Shown piece by piece: positions 45,530 through 55,092 of a stretch of 64,000 nucleotides of DNA. The stretch lies in sequence record DRR723986_5306. One strand, 5' to 3'. The stretch's first letter is position 1. The number at the start of each line of letters is the position of its first letter. A program made the translations under genes and the position numbers. The notes under the pieces are model-generated. The model had not been told where the DNA came from. It made no database searches and saw only the letters and a list, made by a program, of their open reading frames with translations.

Positions 45530-48403
45530 TTAGCTGATAATGGCCAGTCGCAGCGCGTGGGTATTTAGCCGCAAGGCCCCGAGATGAGTACGGCCCTGTT
45601 CGGTTTCACTATCGAAGCGCTGCACGGCCTGCTCGTCAATGTCTGGATTGCGCTCGGCAAGTGCCAGTAGTCTCGCGCGCTCACTGCTGCGCGCCTGCTC
45701 GTAGGCGGTTAGAGCCTGCTCACGCCACTGACTTTCCAGCTGTTTGGCGATGCCCTCCACGTTGTTTAGCAACGCGGTTAAGGGCTCGCGGATTTGCCGC
45801 ATTAACGCCGGCACCAGGCCTTTCTTAACGTGTTGGCAGAGACTGTTGAGTTGGGCGTGGCTGACCTTGTCACTGAGTTGCCGGCCCTGAGTATCCAGCA
45901 AAATCCGCTCGCTTTGGGCGGGCAGGAAGCGATCGAGTGCCAATGCCGCAGGGGCTTGCAGCGAAGGGTTAAAGAAGGTTTCCAACAGCATACTGCCGGC
46001 GGGCAAGCCCTTCACCGCGAGTGTGCACATTGTGGCACTGCCGAAATCGCCATTGGCGATCAGCTCCATGGCATCGCGCAGTAGCGGGTGCTCCCAGGTG
46101 AGAAACGCCATGTCCTCGCGGCTCAACGCGCGACGTCGGTCGAAAGTGCCGGTCAGGCCTTCCTCGGGTAACTGTGGGAAAGCATCGCTGAGCATATGAT
46201 CGCCGGGCCGAAGGATAATAGCCTGGTCACTGTGGTCTTCGTGCTCAAGGCCAAACTGGTCAGCCAGTTGTTCCAGGTAGGCGGCCAGCTCCTCGCTGCG
46301 TTGCTCTTCAGCCACTTGTGCTACCAGCGCGTCAGCCTGGTCGCGGCGGCAGGAATTTAATTCCAGCAGCTGATTGCGACCAGAGTGCAGCTCCGCGCGC
46401 AGGCTTGCTGCGGTGCTTGCCGCTTCTGACAGCAGGGCATCGACGGCTTCGGTGGAATCTTCCAGCGCCGCGACCAGCTGGCTTTCATAGCGCTGCATCA
46501 TGGCGCTACCGATGGTGCACGGTTCGGTAAATATGGCCATGGCGTCGCGATACCAATTCAGTAGCGCTTGCTGGGCACTGCCGCTGTAGTAGGGCACATG
46601 AATATTGACATCCCCTTGGCGGCCAATGCGGTCCAGGCGACCAATACGCTGCTCCAGCAGGTCCGGGTTCAGGGGAAGATCGAATAGAACGAGGTGTTCG
46701 GCAAACTGAAAATTGCGGCCCTCGCTGCCGATTTCACTGCACACCAAAAGCTGAGCGCCGTCGTCGGGATCGGCGAAGTAGGCCGCCGCGCGGTCGCGCT
46801 CCATCAGGCTCATTTCTTCGTGGAATACCGCACTGGCAATACCGCGGCGCAACCGCATGTAGAGCTCGAGCTCGCGGGCAGTATTGGTATCGGCGCAAAT
46901 CAGCAAGCAGCGAGCGTCGGGCTGGGCGAGGAGGAATTTTTCCAGCCACTGCACGCGAGGGTCTACGTCCGGCCAGTCGTCTCCGAGCAGCGGTTCAGGG
47001 TGCAGGCGATCGTGGAGCGGCAGCTCATCGGCCGCCGCAGTATAGAGTGCAGGGGCCGACAACGGGTGCTCGTGCAGGGCCCGGGCGGGGAAACCACCCA
47101 CTGAGGCGCGGCTGTTGCGAAACAAACTGCGGCCGGTGCCGAATCGATCAAGCAGTGCATCGACGACCGCCTGGCGATGGCTCTGCGGGTGATTGGCGAA
47201 AGCGGTGAGCAAGTCGCTATCCAGGTAGGAGCGCAACGCGTCTTGTAGGCCGCTGTCGGCATCCTTGTCGCGCACCCGGTTAATCAGCTCGCTAATGTCT
47301 GTGTAGTCGCGCTGCTCGTCGCGAAAGGCCTGCAGGTCGTTGTAGCGCTCTGGGTCAAGCAGGCGCAGGCGCGCGAAATGGCCGTCGATACCGGCGTTCT
47401 CTGGGGTTGCCGTCAGTAGCAGCACAGAGGGGGTGGCGCTGCAGAGGGTTTCCAGCATGGCGTAGCCCGGTGTTTGCTCGCCGGTCTCCTGCCATTGCAG
47501 GTGGTGGGCCTCGTCAACTATCAGCGTATCCCAACCCGCGGCTTCAAGCTGGCTGACTCGGCGAGGGTGGCTGGCCAGCCAGTCGATTGATGCGATCAGC
47601 AGCTGCTCGCTTTCAAAGGGGTTTTGCTCGCGGGCTTTTTCTTCTTCCTCGTCGAAAAACACGCTGTCGGCGTCGTCGCGATACGGGTCGATTTCCCGGC
47701 AGCGGGCTTCGTCAAAAATACTGAAGTTCAGATTAAAGCGGCGGCGCATTTCCACCAGCCACTGGTGAACCAGGCTGTCGGGCACCAAAATCAATACCCG
47801 CTGGATGCGCTCTTCCAGCAGCTGTTGGTGAAGAATAAGGCCAGCTTCAATGGTTTTGCCCAGGCCGACTTCATCTGCCAGCAGCACGCGTGGCTGGTGT
47901 CGCTGGGCGACGTTGCGGGCAATATAAAACTGATGGGGAAGTAACTCGACGCGCGGGCCGAGCAGTCCGCGGCTGTGATTGGCGCGGGCGCGATTGCGTT
48001 GTTCAAGCGTGCTTACGCGCAACTCGTAGCGTTTGGTGTGGTCGAGCTGTCCGACCAGTAGGCGGTCACGCGCACTGTGAAGTTGAATTTGTGCGCTGAG
48101 GATTTGCTCCGGAATGGGCTGCAGTTCGCCGTTGCTGTCGGCGGCAAAATATACCAGGCAGCCATTGTGTTCCTGAACGTCCTCAACCGTCATTGGCGGC
48201 AGTTCGGGCACATTGATTTCATCGCCAGGCTGAAACTGCACGCGCGACAGCGGCGCGCGATCCGCAGCGTAGGTACGCTCTTCCTCGGCGGCGGGGAAGG
48301 CGATCACCACCCGGCGGTTAGCTGCTTCAAGAATGATGCCGAGGCCAAGGTCTGGCTCGGGGGTACTAATCCAGCGTTGGCCGGGATAAAAAGTCTCTGG
48401 CAT
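45530..48403 (-). CDS. rapA: RNA polymerase-associated Swi2/Snf2 ATPase RapA (HepA)
   Basis: PGQRWIS..EPDLGLG, LLADEVGLGKTIEAG, VDEAHH, LLTATPE, SEIGSEGRNFQF, EQRIGRLDRIG; start moved to ATG 48403. Confidence 0.96.
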   Translation of the reverse strand: MPETFYPGQRWISTPEPDLGLGIILEAANRRVVIAFPAAEEERTYAADRAPLSRVQFQPGDEINVPELPPMTVEDVQEHNGCLVYFAADSNGELQPIPEQILSAQIQLHSARDRLLVGQLDHTKRYELRVSTLEQRNRARANHSRGLLGPRVELLPHQFYIARNVAQRHQPRVLLADEVGLGKTIEAGLILHQQLLEERIQRVLILVPDSLVHQWLVEMRRRFNLNFSIFDEARCREIDPYRDDADSVFFDEEEEKAREQNPFESEQLLIASIDWLASHPRRVSQLEAAGWDTLIVDEAHHLQWQETGEQTPGYAMLETLCSATPSVLLLTATPENAGIDGHFARLRLLDPERYNDLQAFRDEQRDYTDISELINRVRDKDADSGLQDALRSYLDSDLLTAFANHPQSHRQAVVDALLDRFGTGRSLFRNSRASVGGFPARALHEHPLSAPALYTAAADELPLHDRLHPEPLLGDDWPDVDPRVQWLEKFLLAQPDARCLLICADTNTARELELYMRLRRGIASAVFHEEMSLMERDRAAAYFADPDDGAQLLVCSEIGSEGRNFQFAEHLVLFDLPLNPDLLEQRIGRLDRIGRQGDVNIHVPYYSGSAQQALLNWYRDAMAIFTEPCTIGSAMMQRYESQLVAALEDSTEAVDALLSEAASTAASLRAELHSGRNQLLELNSCRRDQADALVAQVAEEQRSEELAAYLEQLADQFGLEHEDHSDQAIILRPGDHMLSDAFPQLPEEGLTGTFDRRRALSREDMAFLTWEHPLLRDAMELIANGDFGSATMCTLAVKGLPAGSMLLETFFNPSLQAPAALALDRFLPAQSERILLDTQGRQLSDKVSHAQLNSLCQHVKKGLVPALMRQIREPLTALLNNVEGIAKQLESQWREQALTAYEQARSSERARLLALAERNPDIDEQAVQRFDSETEQGRTHLGALRLNTHALRLAIIS

Positions 48404-48521
48404 AACGGGCTTTGGTCTAGTCTCGTCGGGCGATTTTCGGGCAGGCATCTTACGCGTCGCAGCCGCTGAGGGGAAGGCTTGGCGTCCCGGGGAAGTCGGG
48501 AATAGGGCCACTTTTCGGCCA

Positions 48522-48534
48522 TAGACTTTAGTCG
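48522..48534. promoter_or_regulatory. Putative CrbR box upstream of crbS
   Basis: TAGACTTTAGTCG, same GAC-N4-GTC palindrome as at 57129, 57163 and 58568. Confidence 0.6.
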
Positions 48535-48600
48535 CATGCACAGCTGTAAACGCTGGGGTAGACTGGGCCGTCGACAGCAATAACGAATAAGAGGCATACA

Positions 48601-51600
48601 GTGCCAGCAAATCAGTGGGTCATGCTACTGGCCTTTCTCTATTTTGGGGTGTTGTTTTTCATCGCTTGGTGGGCTGACCGCCGCGCCGAATGGCCGCGTC
48701 GTTTTCGACCGTTAATTTACAGCTTGTCTCTCGCGGTATATTGCAGCTCCTGGACCTTTTTCGGTGCCGTGGGCGAGGCCGTGGAGAGTGGCTGGGGCTT
48801 TTTGCCAATTTACCTCGGGCCAATTTTGTTGTTTGTGGTTGGCTGGCCGTTTTTGCGTCGCCTGTCGGTGATGAGTACCCGCAATCGGGTAACGTCGATT
48901 GCCGACTTCATGGGCTCGCGCTACGGCAAGAACCAACTGTTGGCCGCGCTGGTGACCTTTCTGGCGGTATTGGGGAGCCTGCCGTATATCGCCCTGCAAT
49001 TGAAGGCGATTACTCAGGCGTGGACCAGTGTAAAGCACTTGTGGGACCAGCGCGCCGAGGATGTGGGCTCGCAGAGCTTTACCGGCGAGATGTTTGGCAC
49101 GGTGTCATTTGTCGACCCCGGGAGCACCAGCTTTATCGCGGCGTTAATACTTGTGCTGTTTACCGTTGCATTTGGTACGCGCGTTGTCGAGAAGCGACAG
49201 CGACATCGCGGCTTAATGGCAGCGGTAGCGATTGAGTCCATCGTTAAGCTGGCGGCATTTGTCATGGTAGGGGTATTTGCGCTGGGCTTGCTGTGGAGCA
49301 GTGACTCGGCCCCATTACACTGGGGGCATTTTTCGCAATTACCGGATCTGACCAACTTTTTTACGCAGATGCTGTTGGCTGTGGCGGCAATTGTTTGCCT
49401 GCCCCGCCAGTTTCACGTGATGGTTGTCGAGCACCACAGCCGCCGTGATATGCGCCTGGCTCGGTGGATTTTTCCGCTGTATTTGCTCGCCTTTTGCGCA
49501 ATGATCGCACCCATTGCGATCGCGGGAATGAGCTTGCTGCCCAGTGTGGGCACCGCCGACATGTTGGTGGTTTCGCTGCCATTGCATATGGGGAACAACC
49601 AGCTGGCGGTTATCGCCCTGCTAGGTGGGATGTCAGCCGCTACCGGCATGGTGATTGTCGCCTGTGTGACCTTGTCGGTAATGGTCTGTAATGAATGGCT
49701 GGTGCCACTCTGGCAGCGCTTTCGTCAGGGGCACGAGATCAACGCTCGGTGGTTGCAGCAAGTGCGGCGCATTGCCATTGCGGCGGTACTGTTTGCTGCC
49801 TGGCTGCTGGAGCAGCAGCTCAGTGCTCACGGCGGCCTCGCTTCACTTGGTTTGTTGTCGTTCGCCGCCGCAGCGCAGCTGTTGCCCGGTATTATCGGTG
49901 CCCTGTACTGGAATCGGGGGCATGCCAAGGGGGTAGTGGTTGGCCTGCTAGCCGGTGGCTTTTTATGGGCCTACACGCTACTACTGCCGGCGGTGCTGGG
50001 GCAGGACCACAGTGTGGTGAGCAGCGGCCCGATGGGCTGGCAATGGCTGCGTCCGGAAGCGCTGATGGGTTTTGATTTTGGTGACGCGCTGAGTCACGGC
50101 GTGTTTTGGAGTCTGGCCGTCAACAGTTTGCTAATGGTGCTGATCTCCCGGCGCTGTCGTTTTAGCAGCATCGATATGCGTCAGGCACGCAGTTTTACCG
50201 AGGTGCGGGTCGAGCGCCGCCAATTACAAGCGGAGTTGGAACTCACTGATATCGATGCCTGGCAGCTTCACCGCCTGTTAGTGCCGCTACTCGGAGACGG
50301 GCGCAGCGAGCGAATGTGGCAGCGCTTTGAGCAGCGACTGGGCCATCGCCTATTGCCGAGTGACCGCGTGCCGCGCTTTGTTATTAAAGATGTCGAAGAG
50401 TCGCTGGCTTCGATTGTCGGCGCGGTGTCGGCGCACCGAACACTGGAACTGCTGGCCAAGCGCAAGCCGCTGGATATCGATGAATTTGTGTCGCTGATCG
50501 GGACGACCTCGCGGCAAATTCAGTTTGGTCAGGATCTGCTGCAAATCACGCTAGAGACTATCCCACAAGGGGTTAGCGTGGTCGACGGTAACCTCAATCT
50601 GGTCGCCTGGAACCAGCGCTATGTCGATCTGTTTAATTTCCCTGAGCGCCTGCTTTATGTCGGTTGCCCAATTGCCAAGATCTACCAATACAATGCCGAG
50701 CGCGGTTATTTGCACGATGCCGATAGCGATGTTGATGCGGCCATTCGGCGGCGCCTGGGGCTGTTGCAGGGCGCAAAACCCTATCGCCTGGAGCGCTTGC
50801 TACCCAATGGTTTGGTCATTGAAATTTGCGGCACCCCGATGGCCAATGGTGGCTATGTAACCACCTATACCGATATCAGCGAGTACCGGCGAATCTTTAA
50901 CGAGCTGGAAGCCGCCAAGTCGCAATTGGAGGAAAGGGTGGCAGCTCGAACCTCCGAGCTAGAGACCGTGAATCAGTCCCTGGAAGAGGAAAACGCCACG
51001 CGAGCGCGCATTGAGCGGGAATTGAATACCGTTTACGCCAGTAAAAATCGCTTTTTGGCATCGGCCAGTCACGACCTATTGCAACCCATCAATGCTGCCA
51101 GGCTTTTCACCGCCGCACTGTCGGGCAAAGTGGAAGAGCAGGCGGCTGGCGCCAGTTCGTTAAGCAGCGATGTGAAACACATTGACGAGGCACTGGCCGG
51201 CGCGGAAACCCTGATTACCTCCCTGCGCGAAATTGCGCGCCTGGACTCCGGGAGAATGCAGCCCCAGCTTGAAAGCTTTGCGATACAGTCATTGCTTGAC
51301 ACCATGGGCCGTGAGTTTTCGGTGATTGCTCAGCGCAGCGGCCTGACATTGCGCGTTGCACCGTGTTCGCTTTGGGTTCGCAGTGACCGCCACTTACTGC
51401 GCCGGGTAGTGCAAAACCTGCTTAGTAATGCCCTGCGATACACCCCGCAGGGCACGGTGTTATTGGGTTGTCGGCGACAGGGAGCGCAACTGAGTATTCA
51501 AGTGCTCGATACCGGGCCGGGTATTGCTGAGCAGGATCAGCAACGTATTTTTGACGAGTTTGAGCGGGCAAACGACGCCGCTCACCGTGAAACCGAAGCT

Positions 51601-52152
51601 GGTCTGGGACTGGGTTTATCGATTGTTCGCCGTATCAGTAGTCTGCTAGGGCATGACTTGCGCATGGTTTCTGTTCCCGGGCGCGGCACGGTTTTCTCTA
51701 TCACGGTACCTATCGTCAATGCGGTTGCCGCGAGCGAAGCTGCTACGCCCGCCGAAGAGACTCTGCAGTCAGAACTCGCGGGGCTAACGGTGCTGTGTGT
51801 GGACAATGAAGCGGCGATTCGCGCGGGAATGCAGAGCCTGCTGGCGCAGTGGCAGTGCCGCGTATTTGCCGGTGCATCGCTTAGCGATGTATTGAGTCAG
51901 TGGCCGCTGGATACGCCGCCCGATATTGTGCTGGCAGACTATCACTTGGACGGCGGTGAGACGGGGCTAGAGTTATTGCAAACCCTGAGCTATCACTGGG
52001 GCAAGCCGCTGCCGGCAATTGTTATCAGTGCCGACAACAGTGATGGGGTTCGCCGGTCGGTCATCGATGCGGGCTATCGCTTCCTTGCTAAGCCCGTTAA
52101 GCCGGCGGCGCTGCGTGGCTTAATGCGTAAAATGGCGAGGGGGCTGAGTTAG
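48601..52152 (+). CDS. crbS: Hybrid sensor kinase CrbS/MxtR (SLC5-STAC-PAS-HisKA-HATPase-REC)
   Basis: YSLSLAVYCSSWTFFG, PYIALQLK, CLPRQFH, STAC (LASIVGAVSA), PAS (VAWNQRY), ASHDLLQP H-box, REC with ADYHL. Confidence 0.92.
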   Translation: MPANQWVMLLAFLYFGVLFFIAWWADRRAEWPRRFRPLIYSLSLAVYCSSWTFFGAVGEAVESGWGFLPIYLGPILLFVVGWPFLRRLSVMSTRNRVTSIADFMGSRYGKNQLLAALVTFLAVLGSLPYIALQLKAITQAWTSVKHLWDQRAEDVGSQSFTGEMFGTVSFVDPGSTSFIAALILVLFTVAFGTRVVEKRQRHRGLMAAVAIESIVKLAAFVMVGVFALGLLWSSDSAPLHWGHFSQLPDLTNFFTQMLLAVAAIVCLPRQFHVMVVEHHSRRDMRLARWIFPLYLLAFCAMIAPIAIAGMSLLPSVGTADMLVVSLPLHMGNNQLAVIALLGGMSAATGMVIVACVTLSVMVCNEWLVPLWQRFRQGHEINARWLQQVRRIAIAAVLFAAWLLEQQLSAHGGLASLGLLSFAAAAQLLPGIIGALYWNRGHAKGVVVGLLAGGFLWAYTLLLPAVLGQDHSVVSSGPMGWQWLRPEALMGFDFGDALSHGVFWSLAVNSLLMVLISRRCRFSSIDMRQARSFTEVRVERRQLQAELELTDIDAWQLHRLLVPLLGDGRSERMWQRFEQRLGHRLLPSDRVPRFVIKDVEESLASIVGAVSAHRTLELLAKRKPLDIDEFVSLIGTTSRQIQFGQDLLQITLETIPQGVSVVDGNLNLVAWNQRYVDLFNFPERLLYVGCPIAKIYQYNAERGYLHDADSDVDAAIRRRLGLLQGAKPYRLERLLPNGLVIEICGTPMANGGYVTTYTDISEYRRIFNELEAAKSQLEERVAARTSELETVNQSLEEENATRARIERELNTVYASKNRFLASASHDLLQPINAARLFTAALSGKVEEQAAGASSLSSDVKHIDEALAGAETLITSLREIARLDSGRMQPQLESFAIQSLLDTMGREFSVIAQRSGLTLRVAPCSLWVRSDRHLLRRVVQNLLSNALRYTPQGTVLLGCRRQGAQLSIQVLDTGPGIAEQDQQRIFDEFERANDAAHRETEAGLGLGLSIVRRISSLLGHDLRMVSVPGRGTVFSITVPIVNAVAASEAATPAEETLQSELAGLTVLCVDNEAAIRAGMQSLLAQWQCRVFAGASLSDVLSQWPLDTPPDIVLADYHLDGGETGLELLQTLSYHWGKPLPAIVISADNSDGVRRSVIDAGYRFLAKPVKPAALRGLMRKMARGLS

Positions 52153-52183
52153 CGCATATAGGATATTTTGCGACATAGTTTCT

Positions 52184-52250
52184 GTGTCATAAAAACGTCG
52201 CCAGAGTTTCACAACCCTGCAATGGGGTTGTCACTTCTCGCCGGTCTAAT
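52184..52250 (+). promoter_or_regulatory. Pho-box array (five 11-bp-phased half sites) plus -10 element
   Basis: GTGTCAT 52184, ACGTCGC 52195, GTTTCAC 52206, CTGCAAT 52217, TTGTCAC 52228, then TCTAAT at 52245-52250, 10 nt after the last half site. Confidence 0.75.
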
Positions 52251-52304
52251 GTCCGCTGTTTTTTAGGCAATCCACCAAAAACACCTCACTACAGCGGACT
52301 TACT

Positions 52305-54257
52305 ATGACTTTCTCAATTTCCCGTCGTTTACTCGGCGGTCTTCTTTTTGCCAGCGCGCTAACGGCCTGTAACTCAGATAGCGACAGTTCCAGTGGCGCA
52401 AACTCCTCGCCGGTGCGTACCGAGCCATTCAGCATTGGTTTACTTCCGGATACCCAGGGCGGATCCGATGCACAGGGCCAGGCACACGTTGCGATGTATC
52501 CGATGCGGGAGGTGCTGAAACATCAGTCGGCCAAGGGCGTGGATTTAGTCATCGCTGTCGGTGACCTCACCGACAAGGGCAGCACGGTTGAATGGGACGA
52601 GTGGACATCGGTCGCCGAAGACTTCAGAGACGGCGGCATTGAATTTTTGCCGGTAATGGGCAATCACGAAATGAACTATGCCTACACGACGGAGTGGATT
52701 GCCAATATGCGCAATTACATTCCCGAGGACGCGGTGCACATGCCCGGTTATGAATGGGTGAACTACTACGTTGTGCGCAGCAACGTACTCATTATTGGTC
52801 TGGCCTACTACAACCTACCCTTGGCGATTGACTGGATAAAAGACGTGGTGGCTGAGAATGCCGATGTCGAGCACATTGTTGTTGCCAGTCACGACGGTTT
52901 GATCGGCGCGAAATACGGCCAGACTCGCGAGCAAATTGTAGAAGGTACCAAGGGTGATGACTGGGTATACGGTGTTCAAAAAGACATTCGTGAGTTCTTT
53001 GCTGAACACGATGTTATTTATGTGCAAGGCCATGAGCATCAGTATCAGCGCTCGTTGATCTCCGCCACGACCATGCAAACAACCTTTCCCGCAAGCTCCA
53101 CGCCTTCGGGAGGCAACTACCAAATGGGGGTGTATACCCAGATCATGGCGGGTAATGCCTCATACAAGGGCTATGAATTTCGCTATGGCGAGCGCGAGTT
53201 GGTGCAAGCGATCGTGTCTCAGAAAAATGCCACGTACAGTGAAAGCAAAGGCTCGGATCACTTTGACGTAAACTCGTCGATATTGCGCTTTGATGGCGAC
53301 CGCGTTGACTATCAGTCCTACTACGCGGAGCACCAGGCGCGCAGCAATGATTCAAGCCAGGACTTTGACGCGCAGTGGGTGTTGATGGATCAGTTCTCGC
53401 GGGCCAAGAACCGCTGTGAAACCGTGGTCTATCCCAATTCGATTCCCGACGGCACGCGCTCAGTGCTGGTGTTCCAGACCGAATATATTACCGATACCTG
53501 CCTTGCTGATGACGGCTCGTCTGCGCGTTTGGTGGGTGGTGATAATGACACCTTTAACCGCACGGATACACGCACCCGCGATATGGAATATGTGCCCGGC
53601 TTCTCTCGCGCGGAATCCCTGATGGATTTAACGCGGCTCGCTTATCAGTGGCTTTACCAATACCACGAGAGTTGGACGCCGAACCTGAATAACCGCTATC
53701 GCGCGGTGCCCGATGAAGCCGAGAATGTGCTGCTGATTCCTGAAACGACGATCGACCTTAAAGAACACGTGACGTTGAGCTGGCAAGGCAAGACCGCTGA
53801 CACCTTGACGGATCGGTTGCTTATCAGTGGCATGCAAAACCAAACCGGGGTTTACCAGGGGGCTTATGGTGGCGAGCGTGATATTGCCGCTGATACCGGC
53901 CTGCCACTGTCGCAACCAGACGGCACGGCCAAGGCGCCCACCGTGTTGCCTGGCAGCGCGACACAGAGCTGGGATATCAGCACGGCCAAGGCCGACCCCT
54001 ATGCGGTGGCGTTTACAGTGAATGAGTCGCTGTCCTTTGCCAGCAGTATTCTGGCGCAGAAAACGGCGCAAGGGTGGCAGGCTATCGCCACGCCGGAGTG
54101 CGTTGTTGAAAGCGCCTGGCAGGAGGATTTTATCGGCGCCATGCCAAACCGCGCAGCGGCTTGTGAGAGTCAGCCCCTGCTGGGTTACGATGCCAACGCT
54201 CGGCAGTGGTGGGCAGTGTTGGATGCCGATACCGAGATCGCGGTGATACGCCGCTAG
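52305..54257 (+). CDS. Calcineurin-like metallophosphoesterase lipoprotein with large C-terminal extension
   Basis: SRRLL plus lipobox LTAC; motifs LPDTQ, GDLTD, GNHE, SHD, GHEH. Confidence 0.85.
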   Translation: MTFSISRRLLGGLLFASALTACNSDSDSSSGANSSPVRTEPFSIGLLPDTQGGSDAQGQAHVAMYPMREVLKHQSAKGVDLVIAVGDLTDKGSTVEWDEWTSVAEDFRDGGIEFLPVMGNHEMNYAYTTEWIANMRNYIPEDAVHMPGYEWVNYYVVRSNVLIIGLAYYNLPLAIDWIKDVVAENADVEHIVVASHDGLIGAKYGQTREQIVEGTKGDDWVYGVQKDIREFFAEHDVIYVQGHEHQYQRSLISATTMQTTFPASSTPSGGNYQMGVYTQIMAGNASYKGYEFRYGERELVQAIVSQKNATYSESKGSDHFDVNSSILRFDGDRVDYQSYYAEHQARSNDSSQDFDAQWVLMDQFSRAKNRCETVVYPNSIPDGTRSVLVFQTEYITDTCLADDGSSARLVGGDNDTFNRTDTRTRDMEYVPGFSRAESLMDLTRLAYQWLYQYHESWTPNLNNRYRAVPDEAENVLLIPETTIDLKEHVTLSWQGKTADTLTDRLLISGMQNQTGVYQGAYGGERDIAADTGLPLSQPDGTAKAPTVLPGSATQSWDISTAKADPYAVAFTVNESLSFASSILAQKTAQGWQAIATPECVVESAWQEDFIGAMPNRAAACESQPLLGYDANARQWWAVLDADTEIAVIRR

Positions 54258-54270
54258 GCCATCGACGGTG

Positions 54271-54291
54271 CGGAGCCGCCTTGCGGCTCCG
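54271..54291. terminator. Hairpin between convergent phosphoesterase and crbR
   Basis: CGGAGCCGC-CTT-GCGGCTCCG, 9-bp stem. Confidence 0.65.
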
Positions 54292-54292
54292 T

Positions 54293-54943
54293 TTACTCTA
54301 CAGTGGGCGTGTTCACGTCTAACTGGCTCAGCATCAGTACGGCCTGTGTTCGCGAATGCACACTGAGTTTGCGAAAAATTTCAGTGATATGGGCTTTGAT
54401 TGTGGCCTCGGTGACATTCAGCTCCCAGGCAATCTGCTTGTTCAGCAGCCCCTGCACCAAATAACTGGCAACGCGAAACTGCTGAGGCGTCAAGCTTGCC
54501 ACGACCTCGGCGATCGATTTTTCATCGCTGCTGCTGGCCTGCTGATAGCGCACATTTTCCGGCAGCCAGCGCTCTCCTTGCAGCACTTGTGCAATGGCGG
54601 TGCTGATCTGTTCTGGCGAACTGCTCTTGGGCAAAAAACCGCTGGCGCCGTAATCAATGGCGCGGCACATCACTTCCTCGGTTTCAGAGGCAGACACCAC
54701 CATAATCGGTATTTCCGGGTGCTGGGCCTCTAGGTGGACTAAGGCACTAAAGCCCTGTGCGCCGGGCATATGCAAGTCCAGCAGCAGTAGATCGATGTCG
54801 CTGTCTTCGTCGATGGCCTGTTGAAGGCTGCCGATATCGCCGACCTCGTCAATGCGTGCAGTCGGAAAGCTCGCGCTCAGGGCACCGCGCATGGCCGAGC
54901 GGAAAAGCGGGTGATCGTCGGCGATCAGAAATCGCTGGGTCAT
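54293..54943 (-). CDS. crbR: LuxR/NarL-family response regulator CrbR/ErdR
   Basis: IADDHPLFRSA, LLDLHMPG..GFS.L, LTPQQFRV...GLLNKQIA.EL.VTEATIKAH; located in the acetate cluster. Confidence 0.9.
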   Translation of the reverse strand: MTQRFLIADDHPLFRSAMRGALSASFPTARIDEVGDIGSLQQAIDEDSDIDLLLLDLHMPGAQGFSALVHLEAQHPEIPIMVVSASETEEVMCRAIDYGASGFLPKSSSPEQISTAIAQVLQGERWLPENVRYQQASSSDEKSIAEVVASLTPQQFRVASYLVQGLLNKQIAWELNVTEATIKAHITEIFRKLSVHSRTQAVLMLSQLDVNTPTVE

Positions 54944-54986
54944 GGGGCCTCATTGTTCCGTTATTGTTTTTCGATTAGGCCAGTAT

Positions 54987-55009
54987 AAAAAAGCCCCGCA
55001 GTGCGGGGC
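54987..55009 (-). terminator. Intrinsic terminator of acs
   Basis: On -: GCCCCGC-ACT-GCGGGGC followed by TTTTTT. Confidence 0.85.
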
Positions 55010-55092
55010 AAGCGCTTAGGAAAAGCCTGTGGTAAAGACCCGGCTTCTCGGGGTGGAGGAGAGAGTCACCACCCCGCATCTGCACATTCAGT

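Noticed and set aside
48404-48610. 69-aa N-terminal extension of RapA overlapping the crbS start
   Set aside because: RapA homology begins at MPETFYPGQRWIS (48403); the extension covers the divergent promoter region
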